From positions 2,809 to 66,808 of IMG/VR virus record IMGVR_UViG_2974753753_000001: a stretch of 64,000 nt of DNA; one strand, 5' to 3'. The position numbers and the translations under genes were made by a program. Below, piece after piece: positions 55,788-63,990 of the stretch. Every line of letters starts with the position of its first letter. The first letter of the stretch is position 1. The notes beneath the pieces were generated by a model, which was not told the origin of the DNA, did no database searches, and was given only the letters and a program-made list of their open reading frames with translations. The stretch comes from a virus. Lineage: Duplodnaviria > Caudoviricetes.

Positions 55788-56780
55788 TCAGCCGATCTTC
55801 TTGATGCGAGCGACCGCGACGGAACGGAAGCCGCCGCCGGTCTGGATGAAGTGGAGGATGCGCAGGTCTTCGCCGTTCTCCTCCGGGTCGAAATCCGCCG
55901 GGGTGATGTGCGGCGGGTACTTCTCGGCCGCGCCGTCGACAATCGCCGAGTCCAGCGCGCCGGACAGCGAGTTGAGCCACGAGATCTCGACCTTGTTGTT
56001 GGTCTTCCGGTTCACCCCGAGCTTGGTCAGGATTTCCTCCGAGGTCAGCGGGGAGGCTACGGCCGACCAGTTCCGGTGTGGGTTCGTGTGCTGCTGTCGG
56101 ACCGCGGCGTAGGTGTCCTGCTGGCTCCATGTCGGATGGACGGCGTCCTTCGGCTTCGCCTTCTCCGCGGCGGCCTGGTGCCCCATGGCGTCTCTCGCCA
56201 CGGCGCCGGGCTCGGCCTCGGGCACGATCCCGAAGTGCTCGGGGACGGTGCGCTGGTCCAGATGGGCGGCACTGTCGTCATCCTCGGTGGGCGGCACGGT
56301 CTCCCAGTGGGCGGCACCCTCGCTCACGCTATCCGTATGGGCGGCATCAGTGGGCGGCACGTCCTGGTGGGCGGCACTATGGGCGGCACTGGTGGGCGGC
56401 ACTGCGTCGACGTCGGTGCCGTGGGTGAGCACGTGCTCGGTGAAGCCGTCGCCGACCGGCGCGTCGGCCGGGCCCACCACGCGGAACTCGTTCTCGATCA
56501 CCTCGCGCACGTCGCCACTGTCGGGGTCCAGCACCCGCGTCACGCCGTCGTTGCCGGTGTAGCTGACCTGGTCGCGGTCGGTGTCCGGGTCGATCGCGTA
56601 GAAGGCCTTCAGCTCCTCCTGGTACTCCGCATCCAGCTCGCGGCGCAGGGTCACGAAGCCGAACTTGCGATTGACCTTCGGCGCGACGACGGGCTTCCAG
56701 CCGTAGTTCTTGGCGTGAGCGGTGATCTGCTCAGCGAGGTCGAGTGCATCCGCAGCTTCCTGCGACATCTCTTGGGGCAT
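55788..56780 (-). CDS. Hypothetical protein containing an internal DNA repeat cluster
   Basis: AAGGTGG RBS; 330 aa; C-terminal GGFRSVAVARI. Confidence 0.75.
   Translation of the reverse strand: MPQEMSQEAADALDLAEQITAHAKNYGWKPVVAPKVNRKFGFVTLRRELDAEYQEELKAFYAIDPDTDRDQVSYTGNDGVTRVLDPDSGDVREVIENEFRVVGPADAPVGDGFTEHVLTHGTDVDAVPPTSAAHSAAHQDVPPTDAAHTDSVSEGAAHWETVPPTEDDDSAAHLDQRTVPEHFGIVPEAEPGAVARDAMGHQAAAEKAKPKDAVHPTWSQQDTYAAVRQQHTNPHRNWSAVASPLTSEEILTKLGVNRKTNNKVEISWLNSLSGALDSAIVDGAAEKYPPHITPADFDPEENGEDLRILHFIQTGGGFRSVAVARIKKIG
56263..56402. repeat. Eight copies of TGGGCGGCA(C/T)
   Basis: Copies start at 56263, 56288, 56308, 56338, 56351, 56368, 56380 and 56393. Confidence 0.9.
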
Positions 56781-56912
56781 TTTTCCACCTTGTTATCGGG
56801 TAATACCTGCATATATAACGGCGAAATCGGGTAATCGGCTGTACCGGGGTACCGGGGTGGCGCGGCGCGGGGTGCGCGGGGCCTGGCGTGCGGGTCGCGT
56901 GGGTCGCTGCTG

Positions 56913-56981
56913 TCGAATGTGCGTGCGATCGAAAGTCTGTTCGATGTGATCGAAAGCCTGTTCGATCGAACGTGTGTTCGA
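56913..56981. promoter_or_regulatory. Tandem array of four actinobacterial LexA (SOS)-box-like sites
   Basis: TCGAATGTGCGTGCGA, TCGAAAGTCTGTTCGA, TCGAAAGCCTGTTCGA, TCGAACGTGTGTTCGA versus consensus TCGAAC-N4-GTTCGA. Confidence 0.75.
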
Positions 56982-57112
56982 TGCCGGTTACTCTGTCGCC
57001 GTACTCCGTCCCGGTGGACGTTCACCGCTAGGCCGCGGTGGCTTCCTGCTCTAACCGGTGCGCGCTAACCCTGTCGCCCCGCTTCGCCGCTGTGTACTTG
57101 TCAACTGCCATC

Positions 57113-57142
57113 AATGTACCGGTTGACGTCAACCGGTGTCAA
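57113..57142 (-). promoter_or_regulatory. Main leftward promoter with a 20-bp palindromic operator
   Basis: TTGACA-18 bp-TACATT; ACCGGTTGACGTCAACCGGT at 57118-57137. Confidence 0.8.
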
Positions 57143-57260
57143 CTCCAGCCGTGCCGGTGTGTCCGGCCGTGGTGCCTACTGTGCTCATGGGCCACACCCT
57201 ACGGCATGTCAGCGCTGACACGCAACCCCTACATGCTCCAGCCGTGCCCTTAAATGCGAC

Positions 57261-57290
57261 TTGACGTCAAACCTCACATGTGGTTACTGT
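57261..57290 (+). promoter_or_regulatory. Rightward promoter, operator on the -35
   Basis: TTGACG-18 bp-TACTGT. Confidence 0.75.
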
Positions 57291-57338
57291 GCTCTCACCG
57301 GGCCTGAAACGCTGGCCCGCAACACGAAAGGCCACACC

Positions 57339-57755
57339 ATGAGCTACCGAAAGGTGTACGCACCCGACGACGCCGACATGCTGACCGAAGCGCTGGACCG
57401 CTTGCGGGAAATCCTTCCCCCGGGAAGTACCGTCGTGACGATCGTCAAGCATGTCACAGCGTCGGGTATGGGCCGGACGATTCAGCCGGTCACGGTGTAC
57501 AACGGCGCCGTATTCGATCTGACCGGCTACGTCGCCCGCGTCGTCGGGTGGAAAGTCGACACCGACCGCGGCGGCGTTTACGTCCAGGGTTGCGGTATGG
57601 ATATGGGTTTTCACCTCGTCTACACACTGGCCCGAACGATTTACGGCCACCTCACACCTGAGCAGATCCGCGACACCCGTCCCGGGGATAAGCTCCCCCA
57701 CCCGTGGGAGTCGACGACAGACGCCGGTTACCTGCTCACTCACCGGGGGATCTGA
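57339..57755 (+). CDS. Conserved hypothetical phage protein
   Basis: GAAAGG RBS; HVTASGM.R..GCGMDMGFHLVY motif. Confidence 0.8.
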   Translation: MSYRKVYAPDDADMLTEALDRLREILPPGSTVVTIVKHVTASGMGRTIQPVTVYNGAVFDLTGYVARVVGWKVDTDRGGVYVQGCGMDMGFHLVYTLARTIYGHLTPEQIRDTRPGDKLPHPWESTTDAGYLLTHRGI

Positions 57756-57760
57756 CCGAC

Positions 57761-58168
57761 ATGCTGACGACGCTTCTCACCGAAACCGTGATGACCGGCC
57801 GTCTAGACGTTGAAATCCGCTTGCCCGCCGTGCAAGCGCGCGGCGCGATGGCCACGGCCGCGGGGTATGCGTGGCAGATCATCGCCGACGACGACGCTGC
57901 TGGAGATCCCCGGGTGCGGGTGATCTGCCACGGTCGCCGGATCTCGGCTGTGTTCGATCGCTGGCAGTATCCCCGCGGCGGCGTCTACGCCGCCGTTGGC
58001 CGCGCCGGTGTGGCTGCACTGACCGGCGCGCGCACGGTATCGCTGGCCCACGTTCCCGCCGGGCCAGACATGTCGGGGTATGTCGGCCGGGCACCGGTCG
58101 CCGATAGCGCGCGGCCGTACGGCGACACACACGCACGGTTTTACGCCGTGACCGATCTCGAAATCTGA
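57761..58168 (+). CDS. Hypothetical protein
   Basis: Operon packing. Confidence 0.6.
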   Translation: MLTTLLTETVMTGRLDVEIRLPAVQARGAMATAAGYAWQIIADDDAAGDPRVRVICHGRRISAVFDRWQYPRGGVYAAVGRAGVAALTGARTVSLAHVPAGPDMSGYVGRAPVADSARPYGDTHARFYAVTDLEI

Positions 58169-58179
58169 AAGGCTGGACC

Positions 58180-58413
58180 ATGAGTCACTACGTTCACACG
58201 CTGACCGAAATCGAAACGGAGTGTGGGGTAACCCTCGACACCGTCGCGGCCGAACTGCCCCGGGTGGCCATCCGGGACAACGGCGCCGTGTGGATCTCGG
58301 CGGATCTGCCTCCGGCCGTCGCCGGTTCGGTTGCCCGCGCGGCCGTCGGCGGCCCTGTCCGGTTCTCTCATCTGTCTCTCGGCGCGACGATCGCCGTTTA
58401 CTACCCCGCATAA
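58180..58413 (+). CDS. Hypothetical protein
   Basis: GAAAGG RBS. Confidence 0.65.
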   Translation: MSHYVHTLTEIETECGVTLDTVAAELPRVAIRDNGAVWISADLPPAVAGSVARAAVGGPVRFSHLSLGATIAVYYPA

Positions 58414-58428
58414 CCCGAAAGGCTTGTC

Positions 58429-59160
58429 ATGCTGCACACCCTCACTCACCGCTTCGGATCTCGGACCGCTGGCCACACGGCGCGAACGTGCGTCATCTTC
58501 CAGCGATCGGGATACGGCCACGCCACGCCGAAAGTCGCCGACGACGCTGGAGGTCGGTTCGGCGGTCAGCCGATACCGTGGTTTCACGTCGCCGGGGATG
58601 GCCGCGGGCCGAACGTCGATCGCTCCAGGTGGCTCGGCTTCTACACACCGGCCGGGGCACGTAATGCGCTGGCAGAACTGCGCAACCGGGCCACGCATTC
58701 CCGACAGCGGCCGTCGGCGGGTGAGATCATCACCGACCCGCTGGCCTTGCACGTTCACGACGACGGCGCCACGCGCGTAACCGTCGACTGGAGATCCCGC
58801 GACGGTGTCGAGTATTTCGATGATCTCGTGGTGATCGACTTCGCGCGGTCCGGTTTCGTCCACCACAACGGCGTTGTGGAAGTCGGGAATGCGCTGGAGT
58901 ACCTGAGCAGGATCGACAACGCCGCGCGACGTGAACCGGGATACCCCGAAATCCGCTGGAGCGCTGGCCACGACAACGCCGGATGGATCGACACCGGCGA
59001 CGTCTGGTCAGACGGCCGATTGATCTCGTCGGTCGTCCGGTGCGGGGAATGCGGCCGCTCGTGGGACGACGCCATCGCGACGAGCTGGACACCGACACCG
59101 TCGGGCCGGTGCCCTTTCGAGTACGACCATGGCCGCTCACTCGTGGCCATGTACACCTGA
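58429..59160 (+). CDS. Hypothetical protein with C-terminal CGECG..WDD..TPTPSGRCPFEY
   Basis: GAAAGG RBS. Confidence 0.7.
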   Translation: MLHTLTHRFGSRTAGHTARTCVIFQRSGYGHATPKVADDAGGRFGGQPIPWFHVAGDGRGPNVDRSRWLGFYTPAGARNALAELRNRATHSRQRPSAGEIITDPLALHVHDDGATRVTVDWRSRDGVEYFDDLVVIDFARSGFVHHNGVVEVGNALEYLSRIDNAARREPGYPEIRWSAGHDNAGWIDTGDVWSDGRLISSVVRCGECGRSWDDAIATSWTPTPSGRCPFEYDHGRSLVAMYT

Positions 59161-59189
59161 GATCGACTGACACGAAAGGCAATAGAGAT

Positions 59190-59876
59190 ATGCGCATCAC
59201 TACCCCCGACGGCCGGATCCTCGGGCACGTAACACTCACCGGCGACGACGTCGCCACGCTGGCCGCGGGTGTGGCCGACACCGTCGACGACCGTGCCCGG
59301 CGATTGATCGCCGACACCCGGCGCGCGGCCATCGCTTCGGCGGGTGGCTGGACACCCGGCCCGCGCCGACAGACAACGCCGCTGGAGGTACCCGACCGGC
59401 CGCGCCGTCGGCGGCCGTGGTGGCTGTATCTCGTCGGTGTGCTCGTGGCCGTCGGTGTGCTCGTGGCCATCGCCGACGGCGACGACGCTGCACCGATCTC
59501 GGCACCGTCGGCGGGTACGACGACGATCGCACCGCAACCGATCAACGCGCCGCGGGCCATCCCCGGGCCGGATGGATCGATCGTTATCGGATCGACGGTC
59601 GTCGACAACGTCTATCGGGACGGTTCACCGTTGCGTAAGCGCTTCGCTGCTTCGCTCATCGCCGACGGCGTCGCCGGGACGGTCGGAACGGAGCTGGACG
59701 CCAACGTGCGCGCGGGGATCGCCTTCTGTCACGCGATGGCCCGCGGCGACTTGCACGCTATGCGGCAGATGGCCGTTGTGACCGGTACGGCGGCCGGTGC
59801 CGAAAGCTACGGTGTCGGCAAACAGCAACGCGCGATAGTCACTGGAGCGCTGGCCGCATTGTGCCCGGCGTTGTAG
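59190..59876 (+). CDS. Membrane-anchored protein with C-terminal C...LCP (DUF732-like) domain
   Basis: GAAAGG RBS; TM segment WWLYLVGVLVAVGVLVAI; GIAFC..ALCP. Confidence 0.65.
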   Translation: MRITTPDGRILGHVTLTGDDVATLAAGVADTVDDRARRLIADTRRAAIASAGGWTPGPRRQTTPLEVPDRPRRRRPWWLYLVGVLVAVGVLVAIADGDDAAPISAPSAGTTTIAPQPINAPRAIPGPDGSIVIGSTVVDNVYRDGSPLRKRFAASLIADGVAGTVGTELDANVRAGIAFCHAMARGDLHAMRQMAVVTGTAAGAESYGVGKQQRAIVTGALAALCPAL

Positions 59877-59879
59877 CGC

Positions 59880-59908
59880 TTGACGTCAACCCTCACATGC
59901 CGTAACGT
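59880..59908 (+). promoter_or_regulatory. Rightward promoter, operator on the -35
   Basis: TTGACG-17 bp-TAACGT. Confidence 0.8.
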
Positions 59909-59948
59909 CATCGGTGTCAGCAGGAAACCCACACCGAAAGGCCCCGTC

Positions 59949-60275
59949 ATGTTCGATCGCATTGCCGCCAACCTCGAAACCATCACTCGCGTCCAGGCCG
60001 CGGCCGGTCTGACCGCAAAAGAACGCAACGTTGCCGGTCCGGCGGTGATGGACGCACGCGAAGCATCACGCAACGGCTGGACGATCACACATCTCAGCCC
60101 GTATGCGCTGGCCGTCGTCGACGCCGACGGCGACACGCTGACCGCGGAGTACATCCGGGCCACCAACGGCGTACTGACCGCTCATATGACGATCGGCGGC
60201 CGTCGACGTCAGATCACTCACAAGCATGACTATTCACTTCGTGAGCAGGTCCGTTCGATCATCGTCGCGCGCTAA
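59949..60275 (+). CDS. Hypothetical protein
   Basis: GAAAGG RBS. Confidence 0.7.
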   Translation: MFDRIAANLETITRVQAAAGLTAKERNVAGPAVMDAREASRNGWTITHLSPYALAVVDADGDTLTAEYIRATNGVLTAHMTIGGRRRQITHKHDYSLREQVRSIIVAR

Positions 60276-60355
60276 CCGATCTCGGCACCGGCGTCGACGT
60301 GGCGCCGGTGCCATCCTTCCCGACCTACCCCGACCTACCTCGAAAGGCTCCAGCC

Positions 60356-60925
60356 ATGAAACTGCACACCGACACGCTGACGATCTCGGATCTGTACGAC
60401 GCCGTCGATTTCGTAAATGAGCACATCATCCGCGACGTGACACACCGGCCGATCGTCCCGGTTGGCCTACACCGCGACTCGCAGCACAACAGCCGGTCAC
60501 GGCGCCGATCGTTCGATGTGATCCTGACCGGCGACGCCTCCAGCCGCATCAATACCGGTTGGCGCGGCGGCCCGGCCAATGAGCCACACGCGGCGACGTG
60601 GGATCAATGGGGTGCCTTCCTGTCGCGGCTATTCGACGCCGACGACACGCTGACCATTCCCGGGACCTACGTCGACGCTGACCACTTCCGATGGGCCACG
60701 TGCGAGCACTACAGCCCGGTAATCGGTCTGGCACCGGGTGCGCACTATCACCGGCGCCACGGCTGGACGCCGGTCGGTCACTCGGCGGGTGGCAGTTACG
60801 GCGTGTGGGTATGCGGCGACGGCGCGAAAGTCGGTCGCGACAGTTGCGGCGCGGGTATGCGGCGGCTGTACACCCGACGCTCGTGGGCAGACGTTCGCGA
60901 AGGATGGAAGGCCCTCAACTCGTGA
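60356..60925 (+). CDS. Conserved hypothetical protein
   Basis: GAAAGG RBS; MKLHTDTLT..SRSR..FDV.L.G..AATWDQWG.FL..LF. Confidence 0.75.
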   Translation: MKLHTDTLTISDLYDAVDFVNEHIIRDVTHRPIVPVGLHRDSQHNSRSRRRSFDVILTGDASSRINTGWRGGPANEPHAATWDQWGAFLSRLFDADDTLTIPGTYVDADHFRWATCEHYSPVIGLAPGAHYHRRHGWTPVGHSAGGSYGVWVCGDGAKVGRDSCGAGMRRLYTRRSWADVREGWKALNS

Positions 60926-61092
60926 TCCGCGCGGCCGAACGGCGCGCGCTGGCCCGCATCACCGCCGACGCACTATCCGGCGTCGTGCGCATCCCCAACG
61001 GCACACCGGCCTACTTCCAGGCACTAGCAGAACTGCACACGGCACGCGCACACCGGCGCGCGCTGACACCGACGAAAGGATCGAAACCATGA
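60922..61092 (+). CDS. Small hypothetical protein
   Basis: 4-nt overlaps at both ends. Confidence 0.55.
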   Translation: MIRAAERRALARITADALSGVVRIPNGTPAYFQALAELHTARAHRRALTPTKGSKP

Positions 61093-61646
61093 GCAGCACA
61101 CCGAAGCGCAGCGGGCCCGATTGGATCACCCGAGACGCCGAATTGATCGGGATGGACGTCGACGAATACCGGACGGCCACGGCACTAGAAGCGGCGTGTG
61201 GACCGGGCCACGCCGTGACCTACATCGATCGTGTTCGGTCGATCGTCGACGGTTACCTCATGGCGTTGATCTGGACACAGTTCACCGATCACGACCCCCG
61301 CGAAGACGCCACACTGATGGATGTCGGTTACACCATCGATGATGTCGACGACGCCACGCGCGGCCGGATCACCGCCGAAGTGATGGCGATCATCACCGCA
61401 CACCCGTTGGCCGTGCGCATGTACGCCGCACAACGTCGCTACAACGCCGGGGATGGCAACGTGTGGGAACACTTCGGCCATGATTTCCTGCTCACCCGGG
61501 ACGGCCACGGCGCCGGTTTCTGGGATCGTGGCCTAGGGGATCTCGGCGACTACCTGACGACGATCGCGGACGGCTACGGCGACCATGACGAGCTGTATCC
61601 GGCGACGATCGGCGGCCGCGACGTACTGACCGACGGCGCGGAGTAA
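61089..61646 (+). CDS. Conserved hypothetical phage protein
   Basis: GAAAGGA RBS; GHDFLLTRDGHGAGFWDRG motif. Confidence 0.8.
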   Translation: MSSTPKRSGPDWITRDAELIGMDVDEYRTATALEAACGPGHAVTYIDRVRSIVDGYLMALIWTQFTDHDPREDATLMDVGYTIDDVDDATRGRITAEVMAIITAHPLAVRMYAAQRRYNAGDGNVWEHFGHDFLLTRDGHGAGFWDRGLGDLGDYLTTIADGYGDHDELYPATIGGRDVLTDGAE

Positions 61647-61713
61647 CCGATCTGACAACACGTGTTCTCACATAGTGCCCCGACGCTGGCAACGGCGCCG
61701 GGGCACTAGTGTA

Positions 61714-61742
61714 TTGACGTCAACACTTACATGCCGTAATGT
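61714..61742 (+). promoter_or_regulatory. Rightward promoter, operator on the -35
   Basis: TTGACG-17 bp-TAATGT. Confidence 0.8.
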
Positions 61743-61780
61743 CTCTCGTGTCAGCAGGAAACACTACGAAAGGCCACGTC

Positions 61781-62296
61781 ATGAGCTTCATCACCACTAT
61801 CGGACCGGTTGCCCCTACCGTCGTCGACTCCATCCGCGCCGAGATCGTCGCCGCCGATCGCGCGTACTCGAATAGCCTGGACACCCGGGTGCGCTGGAGC
61901 AATTTGGTTGCGGCCTACCGGACCGCCTACGCCGCGGCCGTCGACGCCGCCAACTCACTCGCACCCGGCGCCGACGATCTCGTCGACGAGCTGGAGCGCT
62001 GGAGCGAAGAGATGGACGTCCAGCTAGCGTGGCCGCTCACCATGGGGATGGTGTACCGGGCACTGGCCGCCGATGAGCGGATCACCGATCTGACGCTGCA
62101 CACGGCCGCCACCGGCGCGCGGTGGATCGCTATCGACGTCGACGATAACGGCACGTTCGATGGATGGATCGACGCGGCGCCGTCCGACCCCGGCGCGGTC
62201 GTCGTCCGCGGTCTCGGCTCACTCCAGGATCGACGGTTCATCGCTGAGACGCTGGCCGATCTCGTCGACTACGTCGCGGGCCGGTTGGCCATCTGA
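61781..62296 (+). CDS. Hypothetical protein
   Basis: GAAAGG RBS. Confidence 0.7.
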   Translation: MSFITTIGPVAPTVVDSIRAEIVAADRAYSNSLDTRVRWSNLVAAYRTAYAAAVDAANSLAPGADDLVDELERWSEEMDVQLAWPLTMGMVYRALAADERITDLTLHTAATGARWIAIDVDDNGTFDGWIDAAPSDPGAVVVRGLGSLQDRRFIAETLADLVDYVAGRLAI

Positions 62297-62352
62297 CAAC
62301 GCCGGTAGTCGGTTGCCCCGGTCGGCGGTCAGCGGGCCGGGGCAAGCTCGTG

Positions 62353-62381
62353 TTGACACCAACTCTTACTTGCCGTAATGT
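62353..62381 (+). promoter_or_regulatory. Rightward promoter
   Basis: TTGACA-17 bp-TAATGT; operator variant TTGACACCAA. Confidence 0.8.
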
Positions 62382-62420
62382 CTCTCTTGTCAGACACCGA
62401 CACCGACGAAAGGCCCGACA

Positions 62421-62534
62421 ATGTACCTGCTCCAGACCGCAACCGAGACCGTCGCCTACGCCACTTACGAGCTGGCCCGCGCCGCTCAGCTCGCACACCC
62501 GGACCGCGCCGGATCGTCCATCACCCCGGCCTGA
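62421..62534 (+). CDS. 37-aa peptide (not in the ORF track)
   Basis: GAAAGG RBS; MYLLQTATETVAYATYELARAAQLAHPDRAGSSITPA. Confidence 0.6.
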   Translation: MYLLQTATETVAYATYELARAAQLAHPDRAGSSITPA

Positions 62535-62634
62535 CCGGCCGGGCCGGGTGGCCGCTGCACCGGCGGCCACCCGCACACCCTCACATCTGACCACAACCGT
62601 AGTCAGATCGGTTATCCCCGAAAGGATTTCAGCC

Positions 62635-63135
62635 ATGAAAGAAACCGGCAACGCTCCAGCGGCCACGCGGCAACCGATGGCCCGGCACCGGCGGGCCACG
62701 CACACCTACCGGGACACGCTCATCGGGCCGAATAAGATCCCGATCACCCGCGGCTACACCGGCGCGTACGTCTGGAGCAGGTGTCACGACGACACGCACC
62801 ACGGCCACGTTTCACGGCGGCCCGGCCGAAGCGCTAGCCCAACTGGACGCCGCGCGCATCGCACTATCGGCCTGCTTCAGCACGCGCGGCCATCCGGTCG
62901 CCTCACTTTCGGCCGTCCGACGAAAGCTCGTCGCGGCGCGGGATGGCCAGCGATGAGCGGCCACGAGGACACCGGCCCGCTCGTCAAGCCACTACCGGCG
63001 ACCGGGCTGTATCGAGCGATGGATAGCGGCCATCGCAACCGGCACGGCCACGGCCTACTCGCACACCTGGAGTCGACCGACGGCGGCGCGTTGTGGTCTG
63101 TCGTGACCGACTGTTGCCGTCCGGCCGCTGACTGA
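62635..63135 (+). CDS. Hypothetical protein(s); may be two genes joined by a frameshift
   Basis: GAAAGGA RBS at ATG62635; internal ATG62953 overlaps a +1-frame TGA. Confidence 0.5.
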   Translation: MKETGNAPAATRQPMARHRRATHTYRDTLIGPNKIPITRGYTGAYVWSRCHDDTHHGHVSRRPGRSASPTGRRAHRTIGLLQHARPSGRLTFGRPTKARRGAGWPAMSGHEDTGPLVKPLPATGLYRAMDSGHRNRHGHGLLAHLESTDGGALWSVVTDCCRPAAD

Positions 63136-63146
63136 CGATCTGCCAC

Positions 63147-63186
63147 GAGATCCCCGGGACACCCTCACACGGTGCCCGGGGATCTC
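63147..63186 (+). terminator. Hairpin ending the rightward operon
   Basis: GAGATCCCCGGG...CCCGGGGATCTC. Confidence 0.6.
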
Positions 63187-63283
63187 TGCTGTGTACGTGG
63201 CGGCCGTCTGGCGGCCGTTGGCATGTGCTCTCGTCGGTGTCTCGTCGGGGTGTCGGCGGGATCTCGTGTCGGCGCGCGTGTGC

Positions 63284-63673
63284 GGGTAGGGGTGTCCAGG
63301 GATAGGGGTCTCTCAGGACACTCGAATATGTGTTCGACGATTTTTTGAAACGTTTCAATTTTCTGCCATAGGGAAGGCCCTAGGGGATATGTATATGAAT
63401 GGAAAGATTTATTTACGTGGATTTATTTATGTGTGCAGATGGGTATATGTGGGGATATATAAGGGGATGGGGTAGGGGTCTTATATAGGGGTATATGTGA
63501 GCAATTGATTAATATATGCATATCTATTTATATATTCATAATAAATGTTGAGAGAATAAATTATTGAAACGTTTCAATTGACGCCAATAGATACATGCAT
63601 GTGCATTGATTGATATGTGTATTCCCATTCATTCATTCATTCATCAATATGACCATGGGGTAGGGGTGTCCAG
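63284..63673. other. AT-rich non-coding island flanked by 16-bp direct repeats
   Basis: GGGTAGGGGTGTCCAG at 63284-63299 and 63658-63673; AT-rich interior. Confidence 0.85.
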
Positions 63674-63990
63674 CGCTGTAATCCGTTGCGACGGCGATAC
63701 ATAGGGGGATGGCATGACATCGATGTGTGACGAGAGGAACGATCGGCGGTGTGCAGCGGTGCGACGATATCGGTTGTGCGCCTGCACATGTGGCGTGGCG
63801 TGTGACTGGTGGGACATGGCCGTATCGGTGGCTCAGATGGACGTGTGCGGCGTGTGCTGTGCTCGTGGTGTGTCGGTGTGGATCTCGGCGTACGGCGGCG
63901 TGTGCGTGTCCCTGAGCTGGCAGTATGGCGTGGCGTGGACGACGGACACCCCGGGGGTCTACCCCTCCCCCGGCCTGACGACCGGGGGCC

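Noticed and set aside
56263-56981. Mini-CRISPR array in the repeat clusters
   Set aside because: Repeats are only 10-16 bp with irregular 0-20 bp gaps, unlike CRISPR repeat/spacer periodicity
57143-57248. 13-bp direct repeat CTCCAGCCGTGCC and 14-bp palindrome TGTCAGCGCTGACA between the divergent promoters
   Set aside because: Real, but only two copies and one copy respectively, with no support for a function or an att site; no integrase present
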